Shown: piece by piece, positions 49,651-59,346 of the stretch
How positions within the stretch are numbered: position 1 is the stretch's first letter
How the letters are laid out: every line of letters begins with the position of its first letter
Origin: Candidatus Bipolaricaulota bacterium
GTDB taxonomy: Bacteria > Bipolaricaulota > Bipolaricaulia > Bipolaricaulales > Bipolaricaulaceae
DNA: 64,000 bases
Direction: 5' to 3'
Assembly (NCBI GenBank): GCA_937921255.1
Contig: CAKZSO010000024.1
Location: forward strand, 11,781-75,780
The notes under the pieces: generated by a model
What the model saw: the letters and a program-made list of their open reading frames with translations, nothing else
What the model was told of the DNA's origin: nothing
Databases searched by the model: none
Translations under genes and position numbers: made by a program

Positions 49651-51314
49651 AGCCGCTCCAGCTCGTCGCGGAGATCGCGCCGCGACACCTTGCCAACGTC
49701 GGTCTTGGGGAGCTCGGAGCGGAACTCGACGAGCTTCGGAACCTTGTACGGGGCGAGCTTCTCCTTGAGGTAGTCGCGGATGTCCGCCTCTGTGACCCGC
49801 CCTCGCGCCTCGGGCTTGAGGACAACGTAGGCCATCGGGTACTCGCCGACCTTGGGGTCCTTGACCCCGATCACCCCCGCCGCCTTGACCATCGGGTGGG
49901 CGGTGAGGACCTCCTCGATCTCCCGCAGGAACACCGAGAAGCCGCGGTACTTGATCAGGTCCTTCGTCCGAGCGTAGTAGCGGAAGTAGCCGTCGTCGTC
50001 CATCCGCACGAGGTCGCCCGTCCTGAGCCAGCGTTTCCCATCGAGCTCGATGAACGCCCGCTTGTTGTCCTCGTCGCGCTTCCAGTACCCCGAGGTGATG
50101 TTGGGGCCAGAGAGGAGGAGCTCCCCCACCTCCCCCACCGGGAGGAGGTCCCCGCTCTCCGGATCGGCGATTGCGGCATCCACGTTCGGGAGGGGGATCC
50201 CAAACGAGCCGCGCTTGAGGCGGTGCGGGGGGTTGACGTGGCTCACCCCGGAGGTCTCGGTCATCCCAAACCCCTCGAGGATCGCCTTCCCCGTCCGCTC
50301 CTCCCACCCCGCGGCCGTCGTCTCGGGAAGCGAGTCGGCGCCGCTCACAACGAGCTTCATCCTCTTCCAGTTGACCCACGCCGTTTTGGCGTGAGACCGG
50401 AGGACCTCGTACAGGGCGGGAACTCCGTAGAACACGGTCACCCCCTGGCGGTCCATCGTGGACAAGATCTGCCCGAGGTCGAGCGAGGTGAACATGACGA
50501 GCGTGGCCCCGAGCGTGATCCCCATCAGGAGCACCGCCACCTGGCCGTAGATGTGGTACAGGGGGAGCGCGGCCGCCACCACCTCCGCCCCTTCCGCAAG
50601 GTTCGGGAAGAACGCCCGGAGCTGGGCCGAGCAGGAGACGAGGTTGGCGTGGGTCAGGCGAACGCCCTTCGGTTGAGCCGAGGTCCCGCCCGTGTAGGGG
50701 AGGGCCGCGAGGTCGGCGTCGGGGTTGACCACGGCTGCCCCTCCGGCCCCCCCGCCACGGAGGACCTTCTGGAACGGGTGCACCTTCGGGCCCTCGGGGA
50801 GGGGCGTCTTCTTGGCGAACACGCCCTTCAGGGCCGGGAGGTACTCGTGGGCCCCGGTCACGATCACCCCGTTCAGGTTGAGCTCGGCGCGTTCAACGTT
50901 TCCATACAGGAGGTCCTGGCACACGATGTAGGTTGCCTCGCTATCGTTCACCTGGAACGCGAGCTCGGAACTCGAGTACACCGGGCTCACCGGGACCACC
51001 GTCGCCCCGGCCTTGAGGGTCCCGAAGTACGCGATGACGAACTGCGGGCTGTTCACAAGGTACAGGGCCACCCGGTCGCCCTTGCGTACCCCGAGGTTTC
51101 CGAGCCCTGCGGCGAACGCGTCCGCGTGCTCTCGCAGTTCGCGGTACGAGAGGTTCGTCCCGTAGAAGTGAAGCGCCGACCGCCGGGGGAATGCCTCTGC
51201 CGCACGGTCGAGCAGGGTCCAAGCGGGCGCGCGGGGCGCGTCCACCTTCGCCGGCACACCCTCAGTGTAGTGGCGGGTCCACAGCCGCTCTCGATAGGGG
51301 TTCTCTCCGCTCAT
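49647..51314 (-). CDS. Long-chain fatty acid-CoA ligase (FadD-like)
   Basis: YTGGTS..PKG, EGFGMTE, TGD, LPKTDVGK. Confidence 0.92.
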   Translation of the reverse strand: MSGENPYRERLWTRHYTEGVPAKVDAPRAPAWTLLDRAAEAFPRRSALHFYGTNLSYRELREHADAFAAGLGNLGVRKGDRVALYLVNSPQFVIAYFGTLKAGATVVPVSPVYSSSELAFQVNDSEATYIVCQDLLYGNVERAELNLNGVIVTGAHEYLPALKGVFAKKTPLPEGPKVHPFQKVLRGGGAGGAAVVNPDADLAALPYTGGTSAQPKGVRLTHANLVSCSAQLRAFFPNLAEGAEVVAAALPLYHIYGQVAVLLMGITLGATLVMFTSLDLGQILSTMDRQGVTVFYGVPALYEVLRSHAKTAWVNWKRMKLVVSGADSLPETTAAGWEERTGKAILEGFGMTETSGVSHVNPPHRLKRGSFGIPLPNVDAAIADPESGDLLPVGEVGELLLSGPNITSGYWKRDEDNKRAFIELDGKRWLRTGDLVRMDDDGYFRYYARTKDLIKYRGFSVFLREIEEVLTAHPMVKAAGVIGVKDPKVGEYPMAYVVLKPEARGRVTEADIRDYLKEKLAPYKVPKLVEFRSELPKTDVGKVSRRDLRDELERL

Positions 51315-51431
51315 GACACCACCTTCGGTTCGGCGCACGATCGACACCGCGCGCGCTGGATGGAGGAGATCATGGAGACCGTCCCCCACGGACGCCGCAG
51401 GGGAGCCCTGGCCCACGTGCCTGAAGCTCGG

Positions 51432-52649
51432 TCATGCCCCTCCTCCCGGCCCCCCGACCGCCGCGAACGCCCGAAGCACCTCATCCATCTGAGAATCGGT
51501 GTGGGTCGCCATGTAGCTCGTGCGGAGGAGGCACCTCCCCTCCGGGACCGCGGGCGGGAGGGCAACGTTCGTGTACACCCCGGCCTCAAAGAGATTCTTC
51601 CACATCAGGAGGGTCTCCATCCCGTCCCCCACGACAATGGGCACGATCGGGGTCACGCTCGCCCCGGTGTCGAACCCGAGATCGTGCAGAGAACTGCGCA
51701 CCCGATCCGCGATCGCGTTCACCCGGATCACCCGCTCCGGCTCAGCCTCCAGGATCCCCAGCGCCGCAAGGGCGGCCGCCGCGCTCGCCGGTGGGAGGCT
51801 CGCGCTGAAGATGAGCGACCGCGCCCGGTGCTGGATCCAGTGGATCGCCGCCTCGTCCCCGGCGATGAACCCTCCCACCGAGGCCAGCGACTTGCTGAAC
51901 GTCCCCATAATCAGGTCCACCGACTCCGTGACCCCGCAGTGGGCCGACGTGCCGCGGCCTCCGCCCGTGACCCCGATCCCGTGCGCGTCGTCCACCATCA
52001 GCCGCGCCCCATGGCGGCGGCAGCAGTCGACGATCTCGCCCAGCGGAGCGATCTCCCCGCTCATGCTGAACACCCCGTCCACCACCACAAGCCGGCCCAC
52101 GGTTGTTGGGCAGGACTCAAGCACCCGGTCGAGATCGGCGACGTCGTTGTGCTTGAACCGCCGCATCTCCCCAAGCGACAGCCGACACCCATCGAAGATG
52201 CTGGCGTGGTTCTCCTTGTCGCAGACGACGACGTCGTTTCGGCCGAGGAGGGCCGAGATCGCCCCGAGGTTCGCCTGGTAGCCCGTGGCGAACACGAGCG
52301 CTTTCTCTTTGCCCACGTACCAGGCCAGTCGCTCCTCGAGTTCGAGGTGCAGGGCAAGCGTCCCGTTGAGGAACCGGGAGCCCGTACAGCTCGTCCCGTA
52401 CCGCTGCACAGCGTCCGCGGCCGCCTCCCGCACCCGAGGGTCGGTGGTCAGGCCGAGGTAGTTGTTCGAACCGATCATGATCAACCGCCGCCCGCCGATG
52501 ACCACGGTCGTCCCCTCGGACTCCTCAAGCGGGATGAAGTAGGGGTACAACCCCTGGGCCTCGGCAGTCCGCGGGCTCATGGGGTAGCCTAGGCGCTCGG
52601 CGTACGCCGGGTCGGCTAGAAAACGTCGGCACTTCTCGAGCAGGTCCAT
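51432..52649 (-). CDS. spt: Alpha-oxoamine synthase, probable serine palmitoyltransferase
   Basis: GLYPYF, GSNNYLGL, GSRFLNGT, NHASI, DDAHG, GTFSKS, FSAS. Confidence 0.75.
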   Translation of the reverse strand: MDLLEKCRRFLADPAYAERLGYPMSPRTAEAQGLYPYFIPLEESEGTTVVIGGRRLIMIGSNNYLGLTTDPRVREAAADAVQRYGTSCTGSRFLNGTLALHLELEERLAWYVGKEKALVFATGYQANLGAISALLGRNDVVVCDKENHASIFDGCRLSLGEMRRFKHNDVADLDRVLESCPTTVGRLVVVDGVFSMSGEIAPLGEIVDCCRRHGARLMVDDAHGIGVTGGGRGTSAHCGVTESVDLIMGTFSKSLASVGGFIAGDEAAIHWIQHRARSLIFSASLPPASAAAALAALGILEAEPERVIRVNAIADRVRSSLHDLGFDTGASVTPIVPIVVGDGMETLLMWKNLFEAGVYTNVALPPAVPEGRCLLRTSYMATHTDSQMDEVLRAFAAVGGPGGGA

Positions 52650-52666
52650 GGTCGAGGGCCCACCGG

Positions 52667-53488
52667 TCAACGGACGCGGTAGTACCACATGATACCCCAT
52701 TCGAACAGGCGGCCCGGGAGGACCCCGCGCGCGACGGCGGCCAGCCGCTGGGCCGGGTTTCCCACCGTGTAGCAAGGACGCGGGTTGGGGTGCCGGAGGA
52801 TGCGCCGAACGAGGCGTGCCACCGCCGCGGGGTCGGTCCCCGTTCGCTCGTCCCTCTCCACCCGCGTCAGGGCCCGCTCCAGCCGCGGCCGGTAGGCCTC
52901 GCTTACGGTGAGGGTACGACGGCGGTGGGCGGTGAACCCGGTTCGGGTGTCTCCGGGCTCAACGAGGACCACGCGTATCCCGAGCGGCTTCGCCTCCATG
53001 CGGAGGGCCTCGGTGAGCCCCTCGAGGGCGAACTTCGACGCGCTGTACAGGCCCTGGAACGGGAGCCCGATCCGCCCCCCGATCGAGGAGACGTTGACGA
53101 CCGTCCCCCTCCCCGCGGCGCGGAAGTGGGGGAGCACCGCCCGGCACACACGCAGGGCGCCGAAGAAGTTGGTGTCGAAGAGGTCCTTCGCCTCGTCGAC
53201 CGAGGTGTCCTCCACCGCCCCGACGATGCCGAACCCGGCGTTGTTGACCACCCCATCGAGCCGACCAGCCTCGGCGACGATCCGCGCGACCGCGCCAGTC
53301 ACCGCTGCCCCATCGCGGACGTCCATCTCCTGCCACGTCCAACCTGCCGGCGGATCGGCGGGCGCCGAGCGGCTCGTCCCGTACACCGTGAACCCGCTCC
53401 GTGCCAAGAGATCGGCGCACGCCCGCCCGATCCCCGACGACGCCCCCGTCACGAGAACAACCTTTGCCTCACCCGTCGATCTTCCCAT
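52667..53488 (-). CDS. Short-chain dehydrogenase/reductase (candidate 3-ketosphinganine reductase)
   Basis: TGASSGIG, NNAG, YSASK; 17 nt upstream of the spt-like gene. Confidence 0.85.
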   Translation of the reverse strand: MGRSTGEAKVVLVTGASSGIGRACADLLARSGFTVYGTSRSAPADPPAGWTWQEMDVRDGAAVTGAVARIVAEAGRLDGVVNNAGFGIVGAVEDTSVDEAKDLFDTNFFGALRVCRAVLPHFRAAGRGTVVNVSSIGGRIGLPFQGLYSASKFALEGLTEALRMEAKPLGIRVVLVEPGDTRTGFTAHRRRTLTVSEAYRPRLERALTRVERDERTGTDPAAVARLVRRILRHPNPRPCYTVGNPAQRLAAVARGVLPGRLFEWGIMWYYRVR

Positions 53489-53514
53489 ATCCCTCCGCGT
53501 TTCTCTTGGAAACC

Positions 53515-53543
53515 TTGCCAACGAAGGTAACGCTCATTACGAT
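53515..53543 (+). promoter_or_regulatory. Putative recA promoter
   Basis: TTGCCA-17bp-TACGAT. Confidence 0.45.
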
Positions 53544-53560
53544 ACCTCCGGAGGCGGTCT

Positions 53561-54577
53561 ATGGGCAAACGCGAAGTGCTCGACAACGTCTTGAAGCAAA
53601 TCCAGAAGTCCTACGGCGAGGGCGCGATCATGTGGCTGGGGGATAAGCCGGTGGCCACGGGAATGGACGTGATCCCGACCGGGTCCTTGGCCCTCGACAT
53701 CGCGCTGGGTGTCGGCGGTGTCCCCCGCGGACGGATGATCGAGATCTTCGGGGCCGAGGCCTCGGGGAAGACGACCCTCGCTCTCCACATCGTCGCCGAG
53801 GCCCAGAAACTGGGCGGCACCGCGGCGTTTATCGATGCCGAGCACGCCCTCGACCCCAAGTACACCCGGGCGATCGGAGTTGACCTCGACCACCTCCTCC
53901 TCTCCCAGCCCAACTCGGGCGAGCAGGCCCTGGAGATCATGGAGCAGCTCGTCCGCTCCGGCGCGGTGGACATCATCACCGTGGACTCGGTTGCCGCGCT
54001 CGTCCCCGAGGCCGAGCTTCAGGGGCAGATGGGCGACGCCCAGGTCGGCCTCCAGGCCCGGCTGATGAGCCAGGCGATGCGCAAGCTCGCCGCGGCGATC
54101 TCCCAGTCCAAGACGGTGGCCATCTTCGTAAACCAGATCCGGTCCACGATCCAGGCTGGCCCGTGGGGCCCAGGGACGACGACCTCCGGCGGCCGGGCCC
54201 TCAAGTTCTACGCCTCCGTCCGGATGAACATCTGGGCCGAGGGAAAGATCGCCGAAGGGGACGACCGGGTCGGGATGAAGGCCCACGTTCGCGTGGTCAA
54301 GAACAAGGTCGCCGCCCCGTTCCGCGAGGCGACGTTCGACGTGATCTACGGCCAGGGGATCGTCCGCGAGCGGGACGCGATCAATTGCGGGGTCGAGCTG
54401 GACGTGATCACGCGCTCCGGCTCCTGGTACTCGTTCGGCACCACCCGCCTCGGCCAGGGGTTGGCCCAGGCCGCCCAGTTCCTGCAGGAGAACCCAGACA
54501 TCACCGACCAGATCGTCCGCGCGATTCGGGAGAAGGCGGCCCTCCCCGAGCCCCAGGCCCGTGAAAGCGAGGGATGA
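53561..54577 (+). CDS. recA: Recombinase RecA
   Basis: GAEASGKTT, FIDAEHALD, DSVAAL, GGRALKFYAS, KNKVA. Confidence 0.99.
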   Translation: MGKREVLDNVLKQIQKSYGEGAIMWLGDKPVATGMDVIPTGSLALDIALGVGGVPRGRMIEIFGAEASGKTTLALHIVAEAQKLGGTAAFIDAEHALDPKYTRAIGVDLDHLLLSQPNSGEQALEIMEQLVRSGAVDIITVDSVAALVPEAELQGQMGDAQVGLQARLMSQAMRKLAAAISQSKTVAIFVNQIRSTIQAGPWGPGTTTSGGRALKFYASVRMNIWAEGKIAEGDDRVGMKAHVRVVKNKVAAPFREATFDVIYGQGIVRERDAINCGVELDVITRSGSWYSFGTTRLGQGLAQAAQFLQENPDITDQIVRAIREKAALPEPQARESEG

Positions 54578-55046
54578 GGGCGCGGCCAAGGCCTACGTCG
54601 CGCGCCTCGTCGCCCACCGCCCACGGACGGTAGCCGAGGTCGAGCGGCGCCTCACCGAGAAAGGGTTCCCGCCAGACACCGCGCGCGCGGCGGTCGCCTC
54701 CGCACAAGAAGCAGGAATTCTCGACGATGCCCTGTTCGCCCGCATCTACGCCGAGGACCGGCTGCTCTCCCGCCCCTGTTCGCGGGAGCTCCTCGCAACG
54801 GAGCTCCGGAACCGGGGTCTGGACCCCGCCCTCGCCGACCGCGCCACCCGCGCTGCGTTCCCCGAACTGGCGGAACCGGATCTCGCCCGTCAGGCACTGA
54901 AGACGCGCCTTCCGCTCTTGAGAAAACTGGATCCCGAGGTCGCCCGGAAGCGCGCCGCGGCGTTCCTCCTCCGCCGCGGGTTCAGCTCGGATCTCGTTCG
55001 CGAGGTGGTCGCCCAGGCGTTCGGAGAAGCATGGACACCCGGATAG
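54561..55046 (+). CDS. recX: RecX regulator
   Basis: Helical repeats L.EKG, LDD..FA, FLLRRGF; overlaps recA. Confidence 0.88.
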   Translation: MKARDEGAAKAYVARLVAHRPRTVAEVERRLTEKGFPPDTARAAVASAQEAGILDDALFARIYAEDRLLSRPCSRELLATELRNRGLDPALADRATRAAFPELAEPDLARQALKTRLPLLRKLDPEVARKRAAAFLLRRGFSSDLVREVVAQAFGEAWTPG

Positions 55047-55528
55047 GCCTGGGGATCGACTTCCACCGGTTCGAGCGGGGGCGCCTGCTTGTCCTGGGCG
55101 GGGTGGAGATCCCGGCCAAGCGGGGCCTCGCTGGACACTCCGACGCCGACGTCCTCCTCCACGCGATATGCGATGCCTTGCTGGGGGCGGCGGCCCTGGG
55201 CGACATCGGCCAGCATTTCCCAGTCACCGATCCTGGCTACGAGGGAATCTCCTCCCTCGACCTCCTCCGCCGGACCGTCGCCCTCCTCGCCGAGGCGGGG
55301 TACCGGCCCCGGCAGGTAGACGCCGTAGTCGTAGCTGAGGTGCCGGTGCTCGCCCCCCACGTCCCACTCATGCGGGAGAGGATCGCTTCCGCCCTGGGGA
55401 TCGAGACGTCTGCGGTGTCCGTCAAGGCCACAACGCCCGAGGGGATGGGGGCCCTCGGCCGGGGGGAGGGGATGGCGGCTTGGTCCATCGCGCTCATCCA
55501 AGCAAGCGGCGGAGGTCCTGGAACGTGA
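55031..55528 (+). CDS. ispF: MEcDP synthase
   Basis: G.D.H, GHSDADV, GDIG.HFP, VKATT.E. Confidence 0.96.
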   Translation: MDTRIGLGIDFHRFERGRLLVLGGVEIPAKRGLAGHSDADVLLHAICDALLGAAALGDIGQHFPVTDPGYEGISSLDLLRRTVALLAEAGYRPRQVDAVVVAEVPVLAPHVPLMRERIASALGIETSAVSVKATTPEGMGALGRGEGMAAWSIALIQASGGGPGT

Positions 55529-56765
55529 TCAGGAGGAGAAGGCCGAACAGGATCGCGAACCCGGCGGCGTGGACCGCCACCTCAACCCGCGGGGAAACCT
55601 TGCGGCGGGCCACCATCTCGTACAGGGCGAACGCCATCCGCGCCCCATCGAGGGCCGGGAAGGGGATCAGGTTGAACAGGGCCAGGTTCAGGCTGATCAG
55701 CGCCACGAGGAGCAGGAGCACGAGCGGCCCCGCCCGCACGCCCTGGCCAAGCACGGTCGCGATCCCAACCGGGCCCGTAACCGCCTCCCCAGCGGGGATC
55801 GAGCGGGTCAAAAGCCCACGGATCGCGGCCGCGAACCCAACCATCGCCCTCCCGATCTCCTTTAAGGAGAGGGCGACGCCCTCCCCCACCGGCGGTCGCT
55901 CGTAGATCGGGGGAAGGGTCCGAAACGAGGCATCGACAAACAGCCGCTCTGCCGAGTCGGGTAAGGGAAGCTCCAGCCGAACCCCGCCGCGATCCACCGT
56001 GGCCACGCGACACCCGTCGAGCCACCGTGCGTAAAGGTCGAAGAACGACCGGATCTCGTCGCCGCAGGCGAAGGCAATCCGGTCACCGGGGAGGAACCCG
56101 GCGCGGATCCAGGCGCCGCCCGCGGTCACCTCCTCCACTTGGGCCAAGATGAGCTGGGGAAGGAAGTACGCCCCGACGAGGTAGCGCCCGTCATCTTCGG
56201 CGAACACCGGGACCACGGTTACCTCGAGCCGCTCCGCGCCGCGGCGGATCCCGAAGGTCACGGGCTCCGGAGCCAGCGCGCGGATCGCCGCCCCGACGTC
56301 CTCGGTCGCCCACGCCGAACGCCCGCCAACGGTGAGGATCACGTCGCCCACCGCGAACACCTCGGCCGCCGGCCGGCCGGGCACGAGCCCCGCCACTTGG
56401 GGCCGGGGAAGGCCGATCCCGAGGATCGCCCCCATGACCACGGCCACGGCGAGGACCACGTTCGCCACGGGCCCGCACACGGACAGGACGAACCGCTTCC
56501 ACGCCGGCTGCCCGTAGTAGGTGCGCTCGAACGGCACGTCGGTCGCGGCCTCCGCCTCGCCGGCGAGGCGGACGAACCCACCGAGGGGGAAGGCCCGCAC
56601 GCTGTACCGCGTCTCGCCGCGCTTGCGCGTCCACAGGGGCGGACCGAACCCGAGCGCGAACTCCTCGACGGCGATCCCGAGGAGCTTCGCCGCCAGGAAG
56701 TGGCCCCCCTCGTGGACCCCAATGAGGACGAGGATCGTCCCCACGAACACGAGGAGCGTGGTCAC
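55494..56765 (-). CDS. rseP: RseP/M50 intramembrane protease with PDZ domains
   Basis: HEGGH, F.LGFG, GP.AN, NLIPFPALDG. Confidence 0.93.
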   Translation of the reverse strand: MTTLLVFVGTILVLIGVHEGGHFLAAKLLGIAVEEFALGFGPPLWTRKRGETRYSVRAFPLGGFVRLAGEAEAATDVPFERTYYGQPAWKRFVLSVCGPVANVVLAVAVVMGAILGIGLPRPQVAGLVPGRPAAEVFAVGDVILTVGGRSAWATEDVGAAIRALAPEPVTFGIRRGAERLEVTVVPVFAEDDGRYLVGAYFLPQLILAQVEEVTAGGAWIRAGFLPGDRIAFACGDEIRSFFDLYARWLDGCRVATVDRGGVRLELPLPDSAERLFVDASFRTLPPIYERPPVGEGVALSLKEIGRAMVGFAAAIRGLLTRSIPAGEAVTGPVGIATVLGQGVRAGPLVLLLLVALISLNLALFNLIPFPALDGARMAFALYEMVARRKVSPRVEVAVHAAGFAILFGLLLLITFQDLRRLLG

Positions 56766-58108
56766 AGCCGCCGCGCCTCCACAGCCAGCACTTCGATGGC
56801 ATCGGGCATGACCCGATGATCGTCGCTCACCTTCACCCCCACCACCCAGGCGATGCCCCGCCTGTCGACGAGGACGGGCCACCGCGCCCGCTCCCAGCGC
56901 GGAACCCGGGCCTCCATGAGGAGGTCGCGCACCCGCTTCGTCCCCTCCATCCCGAGCGGCCGCAGCCGCTCCCCGGGGCGGGCCGACCGCACGATGAGCG
57001 GGAGGAAGATCTTCCGGGGATCGAAGTAGGCAACCCGCGGGTTCGGAGGAACCAGGCTCTCCGGCCGAGGGACTGTGGACAGGCGAAATGCCCATCCCAA
57101 CTCCGGTACCGTCAGCTCGCCGCGGTCGGGAAGCTCCCACGCCCCGACAGGAGTGGGCGTGTCCGCAGTCCTTCCGAACGAGAGGACCCCGCTCCCGACC
57201 CGCACTGCCAGCCCACCGGAGACGTGGAGCTCACCCCGCCCTGCCCGCACTGCATCGAGCACGCGTTCAACGCAGCCCGCTTCGAGCGCCGCCCCGGCCG
57301 CCTCAGCGGCACGACGGACGACGAGGGCCTGGACGCTCCGGGGAAGGGAGCGCAGGAGCGCAAGGTCGACGCCGTCGGGCCGGGAGACCTCCGCCAGCCC
57401 AAGATCCGCTGTCCAATCCAAAGCTTCCTCGGCGTCGGCGCACAGACCCGCCGCGCGGGCGAGGGCGCCCTCGACCTTCCGGTTGAACCGGGCGAGGACC
57501 GGGAGGACCTCGAGCCGGACCGCGTTCCGGAGGAGCTTCCGGTCCTCGTTCGTCGGGTCGTCGCGGACCGGGATCCCTCCCTCTCGGCAGAACGCCCGGG
57601 TCTCCTCGCGGGAGACGAGGATGAGGGGCCGCACGTAAGGGAACGTCGCCGGGAGGATTCCCCGCAGCCCGCGGGGCCCCGCTCCGCGAACGAGGTGAAG
57701 GAGGACGGTCTCCGCGACGTCGGTCTGGGTGTGGCCGAGGGCGATGCGCTCCGCCCCCACCTCCCCCGCCGCCCGCTCGAGGAACTGCCGCCGGGCGATC
57801 CGGGCCGCCCCTTCGAGGTTGAGCCTCTTCTCCCGGGCGAACGCAGGGACATCGGTGCGCTCCCCAACGAACGGAAGCCCCAGCCGCCCCGCCTCGTCCC
57901 GGACGAAGGCGAGATCGTCCCCGCTCTCGGGCCGGATCCTGTGGTCGAGGTGGGCCACGACGAGCTCGACCCCAAGGTCATCCCGCAGGCGCACGAGGGC
58001 GTGGAGAAGGGCGGTCGAGTCGGCCCCTCCGGACGCGGCAACGAGGACGCGCATGCCCGGAGCGAACATCCCGTGTCGCTGGATCGCCTCGCGAACCTTG
58101 TCGAGCAT
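56762..58108 (-). CDS. tilS: tRNA(Ile)-lysidine synthase
   Basis: SGGADS, H..TD.AET, VRPL, D.TN, RN..R; C-terminal domain. Confidence 0.95.
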   Translation of the reverse strand: MLDKVREAIQRHGMFAPGMRVLVAASGGADSTALLHALVRLRDDLGVELVVAHLDHRIRPESGDDLAFVRDEAGRLGLPFVGERTDVPAFAREKRLNLEGAARIARRQFLERAAGEVGAERIALGHTQTDVAETVLLHLVRGAGPRGLRGILPATFPYVRPLILVSREETRAFCREGGIPVRDDPTNEDRKLLRNAVRLEVLPVLARFNRKVEGALARAAGLCADAEEALDWTADLGLAEVSRPDGVDLALLRSLPRSVQALVVRRAAEAAGAALEAGCVERVLDAVRAGRGELHVSGGLAVRVGSGVLSFGRTADTPTPVGAWELPDRGELTVPELGWAFRLSTVPRPESLVPPNPRVAYFDPRKIFLPLIVRSARPGERLRPLGMEGTKRVRDLLMEARVPRWERARWPVLVDRRGIAWVVGVKVSDDHRVMPDAIEVLAVEARRL

Positions 58109-58166
58109 CCCTTCATTGTGGAGCGGCCCGGCGACGGGTTCCACCGGCCTCCGCTATCATCGTCCG

Positions 58167-58598
58167 GTGGAGCTTGCCGCGTTTCTGTGGGCTCTGGGCA
58201 CCGTTCCGGTGGCGATGGCCGGGGGCGGAGCCGTCGCCCTGGGGCCCCAACCGTGGATCCTTCTCCCCGCGGGGCCGCTCCAGCTGTTCGTCGGGGCCGG
58301 AGAGCCGCGGATTGGGGGCCGGGCTCACCTCGCCCGCGGGCCGTGGTTTGTCTGGGCCGACCTTCCGCCCCCCCGGCTCACCCTCGGTCGCGCAGTCGGC
58401 CCGGCGTGGCTCGCGTTCGCAGCCAACCACCATGAGCTCAGCCTGGCGTGGGAGGTCATGGCCTCGCCGCTTCTGTCGCTGTTCGGTTCACTGGGAAGGG
58501 AAATCGGTTGCGGGGTCCGCCTCCGCGGATCCCGGTTGTGGACGGCGGCCCTGATCCGCCACGGAGGATTGACCCTATGGTGCGGAGCCTACTTCTAG
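58167..58598 (+). CDS. Hypothetical beta-rich exported protein
   Basis: Signal-like N-terminus, Trp/Gly-rich strands, terminal YF; overlaps next gene. Confidence 0.5.
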   Translation: MELAAFLWALGTVPVAMAGGGAVALGPQPWILLPAGPLQLFVGAGEPRIGGRAHLARGPWFVWADLPPPRLTLGRAVGPAWLAFAANHHELSLAWEVMASPLLSLFGSLGREIGCGVRLRGSRLWTAALIRHGGLTLWCGAYF

Positions 58599-59332
58599 TC
58601 CTCGTTCTGATCTTTTCGCCCACGGTCTGGGCGTGGGAGATCACGATCGCGTTCACCAACGACCTCCACGCCTACCCTGAGCGGCTCCTCTCGTTCGCCA
58701 GTGTTCTCGCCGGGGCCGACCTCGTCCTCGACGCTGGCGACACGTGGGAGGACACCCACCGGCTCACGGGTGCCCGGGAGGCGTGGGCAACGCTGGCGGC
58801 GATGGCAACCCTTGGCTACAGCGCAATGGCCCTCGGGAACCACGAGACCTACCTCGGCCCCCGGCTCCTGGGCGAGCTGATCGAGGCTGCCTCGTTCCCC
58901 GTGCTCGCTACCAACCTCCGAAGTGAGCTTCCAACTCGAAGTTGGGCCCTCGTCGAGGTGCGGGAGGTGCGGGTTCTCGTCCTCGGGGTGCTGTGGGACC
59001 TCGCCCTGGTCTGGCCGGGGTGGGAGCTCCAAGATCCCCTCGCGGCGATCCAGGAGGCCCTATCTCAGGCACCGGAGCACGACCTCTTCATCCTCCTCGC
59101 CCACCTCGACTTCGGGAAGCTCGAGGCCCTCGCCCAGGCCCTCCCCGGGTGCGCCCTCGTCGTCTCCGGCCACAACCACCGGTTCCTCGAGGAGCCCGTG
59201 AGGGTGGGGGAAGTCCCCATCGTCCAGGCGGGCAGCCGGGGCCAAGCCGTGGGCGTCGTCCGGCTGACAGAGGCTGGGCTTGCAGCCTACGAGCTCATCC
59301 GTATGCCGGCCGGGCAGCCAGGTTCACCGTAG
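58577..59332 (+). CDS. 5'-nucleotidase-like metallophosphoesterase (N-domain only)
   Basis: TNDLH, DAGD, GNHE, SGHNH. Confidence 0.88.
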   Translation: MVRSLLLVLVLIFSPTVWAWEITIAFTNDLHAYPERLLSFASVLAGADLVLDAGDTWEDTHRLTGAREAWATLAAMATLGYSAMALGNHETYLGPRLLGELIEAASFPVLATNLRSELPTRSWALVEVREVRVLVLGVLWDLALVWPGWELQDPLAAIQEALSQAPEHDLFILLAHLDFGKLEALAQALPGCALVVSGHNHRFLEEPVRVGEVPIVQAGSRGQAVGVVRLTEAGLAAYELIRMPAGQPGSP

Positions 59333-59346
59333 ATCGCCGCAGCGCC

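Noticed and set aside
49896-52592. 898-aa plus-strand ORF (also 20923-23196 and similar long ORFs)
   Set aside because: Antisense shadows of real genes, expected from high-GC codon bias
51432-52649. BioF or KBL assignment
   Set aside because: GTFSKS and YPYF motifs and lipid-gene context favour SPT; not formally excluded
53490-53560. LexA box upstream of recA
   Set aside because: No GAAC-N4-GTTC or CTGT-N8-ACAG match seen
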